From positions 15,872,001 to 15,936,000 of the forward strand of contig OZ281497.1 of NCBI GenBank assembly GCA_965637545.1: DNA of 64,000 nucleotides, given 5' to 3'. Below are positions 32,309-46,045 of the stretch, piece by piece. This DNA is from Phallusia mammillata. Its lineage: Eukaryota. The position numbers were made by a program, and so were the translations under genes. Position 1 is the first letter of the stretch; every line of letters starts with the position of its first letter. The notes under the pieces are model-generated. The model was not told the origin of the DNA and searched no databases. It worked only from the letters and a program-made list of their open reading frames with translations.

Positions 32309-35300
32309 TCAGAGAATAACGCACATTTTCGACCTTGTCGTGTGCGAGTTTCCGCTCGGGCTGACCCTTCTGGAATGGCGACCGACGCCGTTAGTCCTTG
32401 GCACACCATCGGCCGCAAAGGTAGCGTCCAGCCAACGCTTGGGAGGCCCGGTGCTGCGATGGCCTGAATCGTCTCTCGAATCCCCATCCGGCGATGAAGG
32501 CGAACTGTTGCCGGTCGAACCGCTGGAAAAAGTCATGTGCCCGTTGGCAGGGGTCACGTCACACAGCGAGCAAGTCCATGGAGTTGTCGAACCGTCGCTT
32601 CCAGGATCGCGGATTTTGGCTAGAGCGTGCTCAGTAAGTGCCCGAAGTTTGCGCAGCTCCTCGTTGCCCGACGGCCCGTAGAGTCGCTTGTGCGCGCGCA
32701 GCAGTAGGATCCTGTAGGTTCCCACCAAAGCGCTGAACTCGTTTATTTGGAAATCGTCATTTAGGGTGATTTGCGACGCACGCGATGATCCGAAAATCGG
32801 ACGGCGCGCGATCAAACGATATTCGGCGGCATCGACGTTCTGAAAAAGTTAGTGGAGTGCGTAAACAAATAATTTGCAGTCGTGTGTGGGAAAGCGGGTG
32901 TGGTGAGATCAAAGGATCACCTGCTGGATTTAGATTTCGAACATGCCCCGATAAATTTGGTTGTTACTGAGTGGATCGATTCAAGGCAGTAATGAACTTA
33001 ACTTAACGATGGAAGTGTTTTTACTTTGTGCCCAATACCACGTTATTCAAATTCCCAATGCCACATTAATCGTGTAATAAACCCCACTTTTCTTTATTGT
33101 GCAAAATGGTTTATGTGTTGTGGTTATGAAATGTGATTGAACGCATACTTCTCTGAACAGTTTCAGTATACTATAAGACAGGGATCAAGACTTTTTGGTG
33201 CGATCAACAAAAATTATAGTCCCATCGCTTCGCGGGGAAGCAACTAATTCCATTTACTTTGTGAGTATTATATATAAGCTAGGTGTTATAAACTCAAAAA
33301 AATATCGCCTTTGAATTACGACAAAGCTAAACCTACACCGTCAATCTTCTGCTTCTATTAATAGCTGTTAAATGCAACTCTAAGCATTGACAAAGCCGTT
33401 GTGTGACAACACAGCAATGCCAAAAGGGCAAAGTGTGACACCAAAATAACCCCCTGTTACGTTGATTTTTTTGGTTTATATTACAGTTTTTGTGCGCAAA
33501 AAAAAACTAAAAAAAATATGTCGTTTTATCGGTGGTTCCAAGGTGGTGCAAAAATGCTAAATCATTTAGGTTGTGTTCGTTACTATGTGGAAATATAACA
33601 TGCCATAACTAGTTTGTGACTTCAAGTGGGTACAAACAAACAAAAAATGTAAACAGAAAACCTTTAAAGAACCCAATATATCACAAAGACACATATTAAC
33701 GCCACGGTTTGTGTATTCGCTGTCAGGAAAAAAAACTCTCGAGTGTCATGTGCTTAAGAGAGGCCAACGTAGTTACAATGACAAACAAAAGAATATTAGT
33801 TCAACTTCACGTTTCGACAACAAAGCGAGGCCTGGACCGTTCTGTTTTTAGCGCGTTCCCGTGAGAGCCCACACATCGACCTGCATCATCACGAGTACCC
33901 TCTTGACTGTCACGTTCCCCACAGTGCATCTCCCTTGTTGTGGAGACCGATATATAGACCCTGAGTAAGCGAGCCAGGTACGGAAGGTAAACGGTCGAGG
34001 GTTTTGAACTTGAATGTACGGAAAGTCCCAAAGTTTCCAACTCCCGCTGACATACGCCACTAAATAAATTTACCTATAGTGCGCGCGTCGCCGTTTTGCC
34101 AAAGTTTACTTTTTATGGTGCATGAATCTGTAACGCTTTGACAAGGGTGGGATGACTTGGCACATATTTTATGCGCACTTTTTACTCCACTGTTGCTTTG
34201 TTTACGATTCAAGAGACACAAATAGATTACTCTCATCTAGGAAATAATCTACTGCTGCCAGGCATAATGTACAAACGAGAATTGGTCTTTCAGCAGAAGT
34301 TTTAAAAACTGCGGGAAGAGCAATACTCGTTTATACTTTCGTCTAGTTTCGGCAATGATAACAGTTTTGACAAGAATGGCAAAACTGGACAGCATTCTAG
34401 GCTATAGTTAATTTTTTTATCAGGCTTTAATTGTACTTAAAATTCCAAAACATACACTTACGTTCTTTGCGTGCCATGAAAACGGCGAGTGGCTTTCTTG
34501 TGATGAAAACTTAAAACTCTTTAAATGTTCTTGGTCGATTCCGAGCTTCTCCAAGTAACACAGGGCGTAAGCTTCTTCAGGCTTGCATTGCTTCAAGTCA
34601 ATTTGCGTTGGTTCAAGTCTGGAAACAAAAATCCAACATATTAAAACGAGAATCAAAATGGCCGAAGCCGATATAGTCATGTACGCAATTCAGTCGGCTC
34701 ACACCATACATATACATACAGATCGTCAATCATGGTTTCGTTGACACACGGAGTCTCTATTAAAAACAACAAGCCCGTGGATTAAGAACACAAACCCGAT
34801 ACATCGGCATGATATCAACACGACGGGAAAGTGATGTTCAGTGAACCTTGACGTTATAAAAAACGCTGCGTCATTTCTATTGCCTTGCACCGTTCCGTGC
34901 ATGTATTTATAGTTTTCATAACGATTTAAAGCAACTTAACCATCATAAGTATTCACAACTATTTACAAAGAACCTAGTTTCCTTGAGTATAACTCAGTGT
35001 AGACTGCCATTTTAAAGTAAAACTGCAAGAAAAATACATCTTCTTTGTTTTGATTAGCATCAAAACAATGTGTTCAATAAAAAAAGTTTCGTAGTGGCAT
35101 CATACAAAAGCAAATTTGCCTTGAGCTGTCGGTTTGTAGCAAAACTTAGGCGTAGCTGTTAAAACCGCATCAAGAGGCGCTGTGGTTGTACAAGTTCGCA
35201 CAAGTCCCTCGTTAAATACATACGGAGAGGAAACTTGAGAAAATGTTTCCACACTGCGATGGAAATAAAACCTCCGGAAATATCGTCGCCGTAAATTTTA

Positions 35301-38300
35301 TTCAGCTTTTTTGTTACGACTCAATATTTTCATCACGAAACCGACAATTACACTGAACAAAGTCGGTGATAATTTAGCCACAAGCGTTTTTGAATTGTTC
35401 TTGTCCGAGATTGTACATACAGTTCAGGTAATATTAAATGCATTTACTTAACGATCCCCGTATGCCTTATTTTGTTCAAAGTTTAAGATACGGAATTGAA
35501 ATAGTTTTTTTTTTAAATACGAATGTTCTGAGATGTGGTATTTTTCCCCAAAGTTTCCGCAATATTGCCGTTTTTCTTCAACTTGGGTCTTGATGTATTG
35601 TAAAGTAACTAGGTCGCAAATTCATGTAAAGTAACTAGGTTTAAGAATAAGTGTTAATCACCAATCACTCTCCTGATATCCCCACACGGCTTAGCAACAC
35701 GCTGCACGCCCAGTTGGATTTATTTGCAAAGTGAGCCATTCCATGATGGGAAACAGCATGGGTTGAAGCCGGACGTGATTGTGTAAACAAATCGTGTCTA
35801 GAGAATATCGATTTTTTGAGATTTTTGCCCGAGTGGTCACCAAAGCCTTGGAAAACAATAAGATGGCATTCTGGCTCGCCGTCCAACGACGCACTCAAGA
35901 CAAAAGGGTAAAATACCTTGAACTGTACAACTCTGCTGTACATACCTAGAGGTCTATTGTCGAGGCCACATTGACCACCCTTGACTCCCCGTATTGATTA
36001 TAAGTTCAACCATAGAGCTTTAAGTCTTTGTTCCGGCGGAATAAATAATTGAATGACCGAGCAGGCGGCCTTAGCAACCGACACCCACATTTCTTTACCT
36101 GTAATACCCCATTGGCTGGGGATAAGCTGTCCGGGAGAGCCAATCAGAACAACGGATCTCACGAATCGTGAACCTTTCCGAGGGTACTGGCTTCAGGATT
36201 CCACGTATAAGGGCTTTGCATTCGGATGATACGTGAGAGGGAATTGCAAACTGACCGGACAAAATGCGTTTCTTCAGCTTTCCGACTGTCTCCGCGCGAA
36301 ATGGCATGGTTCCTACAAAATGCATGTATTTGCAGATTTTTGTTCCCATGATATTTATTTTTAAATCTGGTTCAATAAGGTAACGATGTCGATTACCGTG
36401 GGGGCACAATGTACATAAATTTGCCTGACAAAACAGCAACACCAACTGTCGTTATTGATCAACTAACGTTCATCCAACACATAAATCGCATGCATTGTTA
36501 CGTAAAAGAGTCTGGCAATTTGGATATTAAACTACTATTATTTCTGGGTACTTACCAGTCACGGTAAAGAAGAGAAGAATGCCAAGCGCCCAAATGTCCA
36601 CGCTCTCGCCAAAGTAAAAGGAATCTCGAAAGAGTTCAGGGGCGGCGTAGGGCGGGGATCCGCAAAAAGTGTTCAGTGCTTCCGTGGATCCGTTAGCTTC
36701 CGTGCTGAAGCCAAAATCGCCGACCTAAAAGCAGGTGTGATACCGAATAAGTGTTGAGTGGCCGCTTACCCGTTTCAAGTGTGTGTATGTGGATATCACG
36801 AGGGTTTTGAGAGTGGTACTCAAATGTGCACGGATCGATCGTATCACAACCCGAAAACATAAGGTTTAAATCATTATAATTGTCCACCGAAGAGCTACGT
36901 GTGTTCTGAGTGCACGACCATCAAGGAACAGGTTAAACTGGTGCCCGCGCCCAGTATGCTTAACAAATGGTCAGAAACCTAAGTAATTATGAAACATACA
37001 CAATGGTGCATTTTGTAGGCCAGACACTGGGCACGCCGCATACCACATCATATCAACGACCCTCAACAATATTAATCGCGTCGTACGTGAAGGGTTCACC
37101 TCAAGCGACGCTTAACTCTGGCGCCAAAGAATACAAAGCCCAGCCGAAACTTGATCTGACGATAATTCGTGTCTTTTGCAACAACTAAACACACGAATCG
37201 GCACTTGAACCGAAACAAATACGCCGAAATCGGGTGACCCCGGTTTAACGGATTATCTGTGATTACCTTTACGTGACGTTTCTCAGAGTAAAACACGTTC
37301 TCCGCCTTCAGGTCTCGGTGAATAACGTGATGTTGATGCTGCAAAAAAAGCACGCGCACATGTTAAAATATCTATGTTTATGTTTTGTCGAGCGCGTGGC
37401 GTGATGACGTCGCACGCCAGTTAATGTATAATGCAAATACGCACCATGTGCTGTAGGGCGGAAACAATTTGCGCAAAGACGATTTTCGCTTCGCTCTCTG
37501 GCATTTTGCCTTGCGTAGATAACCGAGTAAATAGCTCGCCACCGCTGGCGTATTCCATCACCAGGTTCAGCTTTGTCTCTGTATGTATCACCTGTGTTGC
37601 GCAAAAAGACAACATTATCCACCCCCGGTAACCAAACCAATGCAGTGAAATATCGAAAAGCCGTTCCCACAGCATTTGTTTGCTTATGGTAAAATCAAAC
37701 TAAGCAAACAACCTGTGACATATTAACTTCCGTTCTCGGCAAACATTAATTTAATAAAGGGTCAGGAGTCGTTTGTACCTCATAAAGATGTACGATATGT
37801 GGGTGATGCAATTTTTCCATGCTTGATATTTCCCGAGAAAGAAGACGCTTGGTCTTTTTGTCCATCTTCCGTTTGTCCAAGATTTTTATCGCCACTCGTT
37901 CTACGTAATGTCGTTAAAGGTTTATGATTATGTTTGCACAAACACTGTTGCCATAATAGACTCAAAGCACATAATTTGATTAAACATTGTTCAAACATTT
38001 CAGTGCGTTTTCAAGGCTTCAATAACAAGTCTGTAAAATTTCGGGAATTTCAGCTAAAAGCAGAAAAACAAAGATAAAAATAACTACATGGCAAATACCA
38101 GTTACTTTTTTAATTTCTGTGGAAATTGAATTTAAATTATAGCTTGCACTAGTACAGAAGTCTAGTTTGACAAAGAGTTCTATTTTTATCACAATAACTT
38201 GTAACTACAACAAACGCTCACACTACAATGAATGTTTTCGATGACATTTATTGAGATGAAATAGTGTCTGGAACAGAAGGCTTCACTTATACTTGTCTGA

Positions 38301-38777
38301 CAAACCACACAATAGACATTGAAATGTCAACAAAACAGTATTGGCATTATGGGTTTAAAAGTTATCAAAAAAGCACAAAAGTAGTCAACCCACCTTTTGT
38401 CAGTGTATGAATTCCAGCTCTTACACGAGAAAAATTTCCACTGCCAAGTTCTCCCCTTAAAGTATAAAATCCTATGCGTTTTCCAAGTGCTAATTCCCAT
38501 TGAACACGATGATCACAGCGCAATGAATGAAGAAACTTATCATATGGAGTGACCTTTACATTTTGGTGGTCTTCTACACCATTTGGGTGTGTTAGTGAGC
38601 CTGTACCAAAACACAACAGTCAGTTTTGATTAGACATTCAATAAATGACCAAGTATGATACATACCTATATCAAGGTTAGTTGGTCTAAACTCTGATGGT
38701 TTTCTAACACCATTTAGAGAATTTGGATGAGATTCTGCCACAGTTTCAGCATCAGGCTGCAGCTCTCCTGCCTTCAT
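32309..38777 (-). CDS. NIM1K: Serine/threonine kinase NIM1 (AMPK-related/CAMKL) with a C-terminal CaaX box
   Basis: Exons 38777-38666, 38600-38394, 37900-37779, 37591-37445, 37338-37267, 36724-36556, 36312-36099, 34618-34462 and 32839-32309 join in frame. They give [86 protein letters not shown] and terminal KMCVIL, paralleling human NIM1K (..KFCSIL). Confidence 0.93.
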
Positions 38778-41419
38778 AATTTCTAGATTTACATTTGGTC
38801 ATTGACGCTTCTTCTCAAGTAGCTCATTGATTGCTTTTTTACACAACAGAAACATGCGACCAGCTAGGGCAAGCCGTTTAATCAAATATTGTTAAGTTCC
38901 CTGTAACCATAAAATAGCACATGGGTTACATCAAAATAGTCCATGCCCCACTTACACTGTTTGACATTAGTCACTGCACCAACAGCGCAATACAACCTCA
39001 ATGAGAAACACGCCATGCCAATAAAGGAAGTCATTCATGTTACACATTCATGAAGTTAGACAGCAACAGTGTTTTCGTGGTAACATTCAAATCTCTATGA
39101 CTATTTCTGTACTGCACAAAAGCACTGTTAATATAAACACATTTTGTTTCTGTGAATCAAGGGTGTAGTAGTTTCAAAGAAAAACATTGACATTTAGTTT
39201 TATGAACAACAAGCTCCTGCAAAAACAGCGCACTTATTAGTCTGTAGGTAAAATCATTATGTTTACACTTTAAATAGATTCTCAATTCCCACAGTCCTGT
39301 GAATGACGTGACATGTCTGCATGTAACTGGAGAAAGCTTAAGATATCAGTTTCTTCCTTTATTTGAAACAAAGTAGACATGGCTGGTTTAGAATTAATGT
39401 TGGCCATTGTTGACAACACAAACACAATTATGGCTGTTCAACCAAAATGACCCCATCTTTAGCACTTTGCCCACACAATCTTGCAACATGTTTACAATGC
39501 TCATTGTAAATAGCTTTCTTTTCTTTTAGTGCGTCATCAAACATTATGAAATTGCCAACAAAAATTTTTTGACAACAGTACTTAAACATCCAAACCAACG
39601 AAACCCAGAAGTAAAAAACAAACATTTTTTATCAATATAAGTCATGATTTTAAAGGTGCAATTATGAAAGGAATTTAGACAGCAACTTTAGAAGTAAACA
39701 ATTAGATATTTTAATCACTATTAACGGAGCATATATTGTCTATAGACAATAAATCTGAATAACAATTTTGAGTAAAATAAATTGCTTTTCACAGAAAATG
39801 TATGAGCAAATATACAAACACAAAATATAAAACTTTCTATCTCAGTGACAACTGACAATCCAAAACAACTCTGTCAGCAGTTGTAAGTTTTTCCACAAAC
39901 CCAAAATAATTAACGATCAAATGCTCGTCAGTTTTTGAGCAGGTCTGTCACCCCTCCACAACTCAAAAAACAAGTTCGAAAAGCAGCAAAATTTTGATTT
40001 GGTATAGTGACTAGTCACTTGCAGACTTGCGAAGTTTCAACTTGCAACGCCCTTGCTATATGCGCGCTAGCATGTTATTAAGAAGAGTTGTCCAATTGCT
40101 TCCTATTAGCATTGCTAGAAATTTGCCGACAAACGCTTAGCGCAAAAAAGTTCACAGTTCACACGTTCACTCTTCCAGCAGCTCGTCTCGCAAGTTCAGC
40201 TTGACCCCATCAAACTCACTGTCGTAATGACGTCACAGGCCCAATTGTAAACGGTTGTGTATCTCAGCAGCGCCCACTGGCGATCATGCAAAAACATCCC
40301 CTGAGATCATAGTATGCCAATAGCTGAGATTTCATAGTCAAGATGTTTTCCCGGTTAAACGTGGTACTTTAAACACAACAGGTCTGATCAATAACCGGAT
40401 TGTTTGTTAGAATCTTTAGGTTTGAATAGGGTTTGAGGCAAAACTTCGCCTATAAGTCCGAGTGATTATAGCGCAACAGCGCAACCGCCTTGTGTTTACA
40501 ATATCCAATTCTTGGTGTTCAAGCCCGTCGTAAGTTTTGCGGACATTTTAGGCCTGAAAGTGCGCAACAACCGGTTTCGTTTTCATGTAATTACATTCAA
40601 GATCTAGCCTAATTCAAGTCCACTTGTACCTAGCTGAATTTGAATTGCTTTTATCCAAGCTCAAACATTCGATCGTCTTGACCAGCAACTCTTTTCAATT
40701 CACTGGATCTAATTAAAATACATTAAAGTAGACTTCATGACTGGGCAAATCTGTTAAAAATAGTAAAACCTCCAAGCAAATCGATGCAAACTCTACTTAA
40801 AGCGAAGTTTCTTGTTTAATCTCGCAACAACAGAAGGCTATGCAATTAGATCTTCGGCGCGCTTTTATTTATATTTTCACGTTTGCCTCCTATTGCTAAG
40901 TTATTTTTTTACACAACACAGGGGTATCAGGGACCACTTGTAGCCTATCTAGGTTAGACTTGGTCCACTATAGACAGTCTATCGGCACCGTGGTCGACGG
41001 GCAGATCGCAACATTACAGGCTACCAGTGTAGCAAAACACATTTCTTCTGTGAACGTTATACGTTCTGCTGTTTCGTTCTTGGAATTTGTGCTATACTGT
41101 TAAATGTGAATGTAAATTGATCCAATTTCAAATAATGTCAATCGAATAATGGTTGAAAAGATGGCTAACCAACTTCAACTCGTAAATTAAAACTTTGTAA
41201 AATTACAACATTTGAGGCCATGCAAGATCGTACGTTTTTGGTCAGTTTTATATGGAACAGAGACTATACGTTTCGTACTCTTTGGTTATATTAGCCCAGT
41301 ATTTAAGTTAAGTTTGCGATGTTGTCATTGATCTAATCAAATCTCGTAATAGTTATTTGGTCAAACGATCTAACAACTCAGCTGGTCTGGGAGACGTTTT
41401 GCGTAGAGCGCTGGGTAGA

Positions 41420-41684
41420 GCTACTAACACCATGACGAGAATCACACCCCAAATTTGGTTGGTTATATCTCCAAAAATGCTCACGGTTAGGGCTATTAGG
41501 GCCGGGGTAAGGTATTAGCACTTAAAATTCAATAAAACTAACCAAAAAAATTAGTTAATAATGTAAAAAATTTATGTAAATATTTCCCAACCCAACCCAT
41601 TTATAGCCGCTAAATAAAAAAAATTCAGCTCTTTACGTCCTCTTGTGAAACCGAAGTTGTGATTCTCGTTATGGTGTTAGTAGC
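41420..41684. mobile_element. MITE-like element bounded by long inverted repeats
   Basis: GCTACTAACACCATGACGAGAATCACA (41420-41446) vs TGTGATTCTCGTTATGGTGTTAGTAGC (41658-41684), 1 mismatch in 27, extending imperfectly outward; no clear TSD. Confidence 0.6.
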
Positions 41685-42960
41685 TGTACCAGAGCGCTGA
41701 TTGACGTAAATTTACGTTAAAAGTTTTTGATCAATGCAGCTGACCGTTAATGTACGTCGAGACCAAACAGCCCATGCAGCAAGTGCGGTATCGGCGCGTG
41801 CCGTGCCTGGGCGCCGCTTGGCGGGCATTCAATTTGATTATGTATTGTAAATGGAGTCTTGTTTCATAACAATGTAATAAAGGCGACTTTCCAGCAAAGG
41901 CTTGAGGTAGTTATAACGTAGGCCTACCATACGTCCTCTTTTTGGAGGACACATCCTCCTTTTTAACAAAGACCAAGTTGTCCTCCGAGGACAAGAAAAA
42001 GTACACAGATGTCCTTTTTAAAGAAGTTCTGATTTACCTACTATACATATGTGGCAATTATGCCTTTGAAAACAGCCAAATATACATATTCAGCTTATTT
42101 TTTGAAGAACACAGGCGAACTTTAATTTTTTTTTCAAAAAAGTAAGTTGTTTTAGTGTGGAATCTATATATATTCTATATTCAATACCGTCTAATTTCTA
42201 AGGCTTTTTTGAGGGGCCCTTAAGTTCTTTTTCATGTTCTTTACAACAATGTGTCCTCCTTTTTGTGGATGGAAATATGGTAGATCTATATATTATAACG
42301 TATAATAGTATGAAAACGTACAGTTTATATTGTGCGTAAGTTGTAACATTACTTTCATTGTAATTCGTTATTGATGCTGATAAGACCTTACAGCAGACAA
42401 GACAATGCAATTGTGTGCAATAATTAAAACAATTAACAAAATCCCACATTGCGTTCAAAACAAACAAGCCCACACGTCACATTAAATAATATGAGAGCGA
42501 AAAAATATGCCGGTGCAAGTCAATTGATGGGCCTTTCAACCCTTTCAACACTATAGTCATTTTCAGAATAGTTTATGCGCTGGTGATCAAACATTTAATA
42601 GGTTCATTTTTAAATAGGTTTAATAGGTTGCAAGTTGGCCAATGGACCATTTTTCACCCAATAAACAGTTTGGACAAGGACGCCAAACCTTAAGAGTTTT
42701 AAAAACCTAAAATTCCTATGCTTTGACTTCCGCGCTAGAGCAGGGGTGGGGAACCTGCGGCCTAAAGGCCACATGCGGCCTTGTATGTCAAAATACATTT
42801 TTGGAATGTTGATATTACAGACTGCACTGAAATTCTAAGGCATTTCAGTAGGATTACCAAGAGGCAGGAGCCCAAGGTTCTTTGAGTTGCAAAAGAACAA
42901 TTGTTTGAGCATAATCGAATGTCTTAAACTCGTCTGTGGTGTCACAAGCTGCTCTTAGAT

Positions 42961-43261
42961 CAGGGGTGGGCAACCTACGCCCCGCGAGCAACTTTTGAGC
43001 GGGCCGCGATTAGTATTTTATTTTGATCGACCCGGTGGAATGTGTGTGTTAAATCCCATTTTTGTACTATAGAATTGTTACATTACACGTTAATAGTTTT
43101 TAGTTTATTACTAAGAATAGGCATTGTTACGTACAAAGACAATCATTAGGTGTTTGATTTGCCTTGCACTGCCATGTTATTGCATGACCAACGTTGCGGC
43201 CCGACTCCTCAATATATCACTGAATTTTGGCCCGCACATGCAAAAATGTTACCCACTCTTG
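42961..43261. mobile_element. hAT/Charlie-type MITE, immediately followed by the left end of a second copy
   Basis: Left TIR CAGGGGTGGGCAACC, degenerate right TIR GTTACCCACTCTTG; exact TSD TCTTAGAT (42953-42960, 43262-43269). CAAAGGTGGGCAACC starts at 43270; another left end CAGGGGTGGGGAACC is at 42741. Confidence 0.8.
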
Positions 43262-44008
43262 TCTTAGATCAAAGGTGGGCAACCTTTTAGCATGCGCGGG
43301 CCAGAAAAGTAATGATATTGTGGGTGCGGGCCGCCATAGGCGCCGAGTATAAAAATGCAAGGTGGCGGACGTAAAATATGACGTCACTTCAAGTGACGTC
43401 ACTAATGCGTGCAACCACATGTATCAAATTGGAAAATAATAATAATGCGGAACACGAACGTTTATCATGGTTCGGAAACATTTAAAAATGTTTCGTCAAG
43501 TTGCTTTATATCACATGGGGTTGTTGCTATATTACGACACATTTCCATTGAATATTGAGCCGTAAGTCTTACAACTCTACAAGGGAAATATATGAGAACA
43601 TAGCTCGGAAGATAAGACTAACTTTCAAAATCAACAGTCGCATCACCACACTTCGAATAGTTTTGCAGAAAGATCTCTTGGCGGTAACGATACAAATCGC
43701 CTCGCGGGTTAGGGCTTGTTAAGGCAAGACTAGGTTAAGGCTTGTAACCTATGCGACACAACAGTGGCACAAAAAATAGGAACAAAATCATAAAATCATA
43801 ATCATAAAACTTGTTGCATATAGTTGCACTACAAACAAGTCCATATTCAGAAATCAGCATCAATATTTTTTCAGTTCTAAAACAATTTTGAAAGAACATA
43901 CACATTTTACCCTGTAATTTTTAAGCTAAGCATAATTATGGGCCCCTTAGATTCTCATGGGCCCTGGTGCGGCACACCGGCTGCACCCCCTCTCGTGGGG
44001 CCTGGTTG

Positions 44009-44367
44009 CAGTGGCGTAGCCAGGGAGGGGCCAAAGGGGCCATGGCCCCTCCCAAATTTTCAAACTTGTACATTGATAAACTTTAATTTAGTGTAGTTTC
44101 GTCCCTCATCATTATGGTTTCCTTTCTCAACTATCAAAGGAATATATAAATTACTAAAAATGAATTTTGTCACCAAGTTGTAAGCCGAAATCCATGCTTT
44201 TTTATTTATGCAGACATGAAATAAATCAATAAAGCGTCTGGCTGTCCCATCGAACCACAGTTTGACAAGTCACGTGTTTGGTAAAGCCCGCCGAGAGTTA
44301 GCAAAAAGTTGTACTGGACAACAAATTATTTGGCCCCTCCCAAAATTTTTGGCTGCCTACGCTACTG
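44009..44367. mobile_element. Non-autonomous DNA transposon with GC-rich TIRs
   Basis: TIRs CAGTGGCGTAGCCAG / CTGCCTACGCTACTG (2 mismatches); exact 8-bp TSD CCTGGTTG (44001-44008, 44368-44375). Confidence 0.85.
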
Positions 44368-44804
44368 CCTGGTTGTATCAATAAACACATCTTTAATAGC
44401 ATATCGTTTTATACCGAAAACGATCTCGTGTAAACACTTTACTTCACATTGGGCTACGTAGGCAAAATGAGTCGTCCAAAGAAATTAATTTGCAACTTTA
44501 ATGTGAAATGTGCGTAAGTCTGCTTGGTGGTACAAATTTAATCAATTTGGGTCTCAGCGTTGCCATACAAACCAGCATTTCGTCCTCAAGTCCTTAAGAC
44601 TACATAAGATTTTTACAAAAATACGCGGTATATACCGGTACCTGGAAATTTATTTGCCGCAAGCTTAAAAAAAATATCGCGGCACTTACGCACTCGTGTT
44701 TTGCAGCACCAGGTTTAATATTAATTGTGGAAGACTACAAATTAGAAACCTTGTGATGTAGTTTGATGTTAAAAATTTAACTGGTATTGCACAAGGATGA
44801 GTCA

Positions 44805-44931
44805 TTTTTTTTTTTTTTTTTTTCACGGGGTTCGAACCCAGGACACTCCCGGGGACGAATCCCGATTAAGGTTTTTTTTTATGTCTGTATGTGGGTCAGG
44901 CGCGCCAGACCATTCGGCCAAGTTCCTGCCC
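44805..44931 (-). mobile_element. tRNA-derived SINE with poly(A) tail and TSD
   Basis: On the - strand: A box TGGCCGAATGG (44920-44910), B box GGTTCGAACCC (about 44839-44829), 19-nt A tail (44823-44805). A direct repeat ATGAGTCATTTTTTTT (+ strand, starting at 44797 and 44932) flanks it. Confidence 0.8.
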
Positions 44932-45024
44932 ATGAGTCATTTTTTTTGAAAAGTGATGTTTAAGGTGGTGCTTGCGTCACCTACCGGACACCAACGACTT
45001 GCCAAAATGTACAGCGGTCAAGTT

Positions 45025-45695
45025 CAGTGTTGCCAGGTTGCGCTTTTGTCGCCGAATTGGGCTACTTTTGACATCGAGTTGCGGGCTTGTTTCGTGAGTT
45101 GCGGGTTGCGCCTTTTTGGGCGGGTTTGTAAATGACATTTTTTACTGCATGACGAGTGATGATTGCATTATTATTGTGATTTTGTGACATCAAAAACGTT
45201 GTAAGTTCAATTTTGACAAAAGAACTAGTGAAACTGCCCAGAGTGTCGGAGATTTAACATCCAGCTGAGCAAAAGAATGCTTTCAGTCCACGCAACGTAA
45301 CGTTCATTTTTCAAACAAAGAAATTTAATAAACGCTTTTGTTGTTACCACGTAAGAGGAATTGTCTCTTGGCAAAAATCATTGTTTCAAAGGTCATCTTA
45401 CTTTGGTATTAATCCGAAACATTTTTGTTTTAAAGTGGAGTTGAATTTTTTTTTAAAACGGTAGTGAGAGAGGCCGCTACAGTGTGTTCAATACAGTGTT
45501 ACTGGAAACAGCTCAAATTCAATTTTAAAATGCACAAAAATTAGATCTAACACGGATAAACCTAAATAATTGTAACCCTAACAGGTGAAAGTAGTGAAAA
45601 TCATTTGTATTTCAGGTGTTTGTAAATTGGGCTCCTTTTGGGCTACTTTTGACGGGTAAAGTTGCGCTTTTCCACAATTTGACCTGGCAACACTG
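45025..45695. mobile_element. Non-autonomous hAT-like element, 671 bp
   Basis: Perfect 14-bp TIRs CAGTGTTGCCAGGT / ACCTGGCAACACTG; exact 8-bp TSD GTCAAGTT (45017-45024, 45696-45703); subterminal TTGGGCTACTTTTGA and GTTGCGCTTTT motifs at both ends. Confidence 0.9.
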
Positions 45696-45850
45696 GTCAA
45701 GTTGTTGCCAGTTGTTAAGACTGACGAAGGTAAGCTGTTCTGTTGTAGGCGGAAGCTTGGCTACCTGATAACAGTTTCGCCGTAAAAATGGACCTTGTAT
45801 ATTTCTGCTGTGTATATGAAATTGTGCCCATATTTTTTAAATCACTTGTG

Positions 45851-46045
45851 CAGGGTTTTTTTAAGGTTTGGTTTGGGTGACCGCTAAGTAGTTTTAAGAG
45901 ACCGCAAGTGTTTCATTTAAATACCAAAAAATAACCATATTTGCTTAAACGAATTATTTATTAGGCTACTGGCAAATTTTGGAAAACCGCTGGAGAAATT
46001 TGGGGGACCGTTTCGGTCCCCAAAAACACCTTAAGAAAAACACTG
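45851..46045. mobile_element. Short hAT-like MITE, 195 bp
   Basis: Imperfect TIRs CAGGGTTTTTTTAAGG / CCTTAAGAAAAACACTG; exact 8-bp TSD CACTTGTG (45843-45850, 46046-46053). Confidence 0.82.

Noticed and set aside
35599-35640. 16-bp direct repeat TGTAAAGTAACTAGGT (two copies)
   Set aside because: Only two copies; a simple local tandem duplication, not an array.
44805-44931. Functional tRNA gene
   Set aside because: No acceptor-stem closure after the B box, an internal A-run, and a poly(A) tail plus TSD indicate retroposition.
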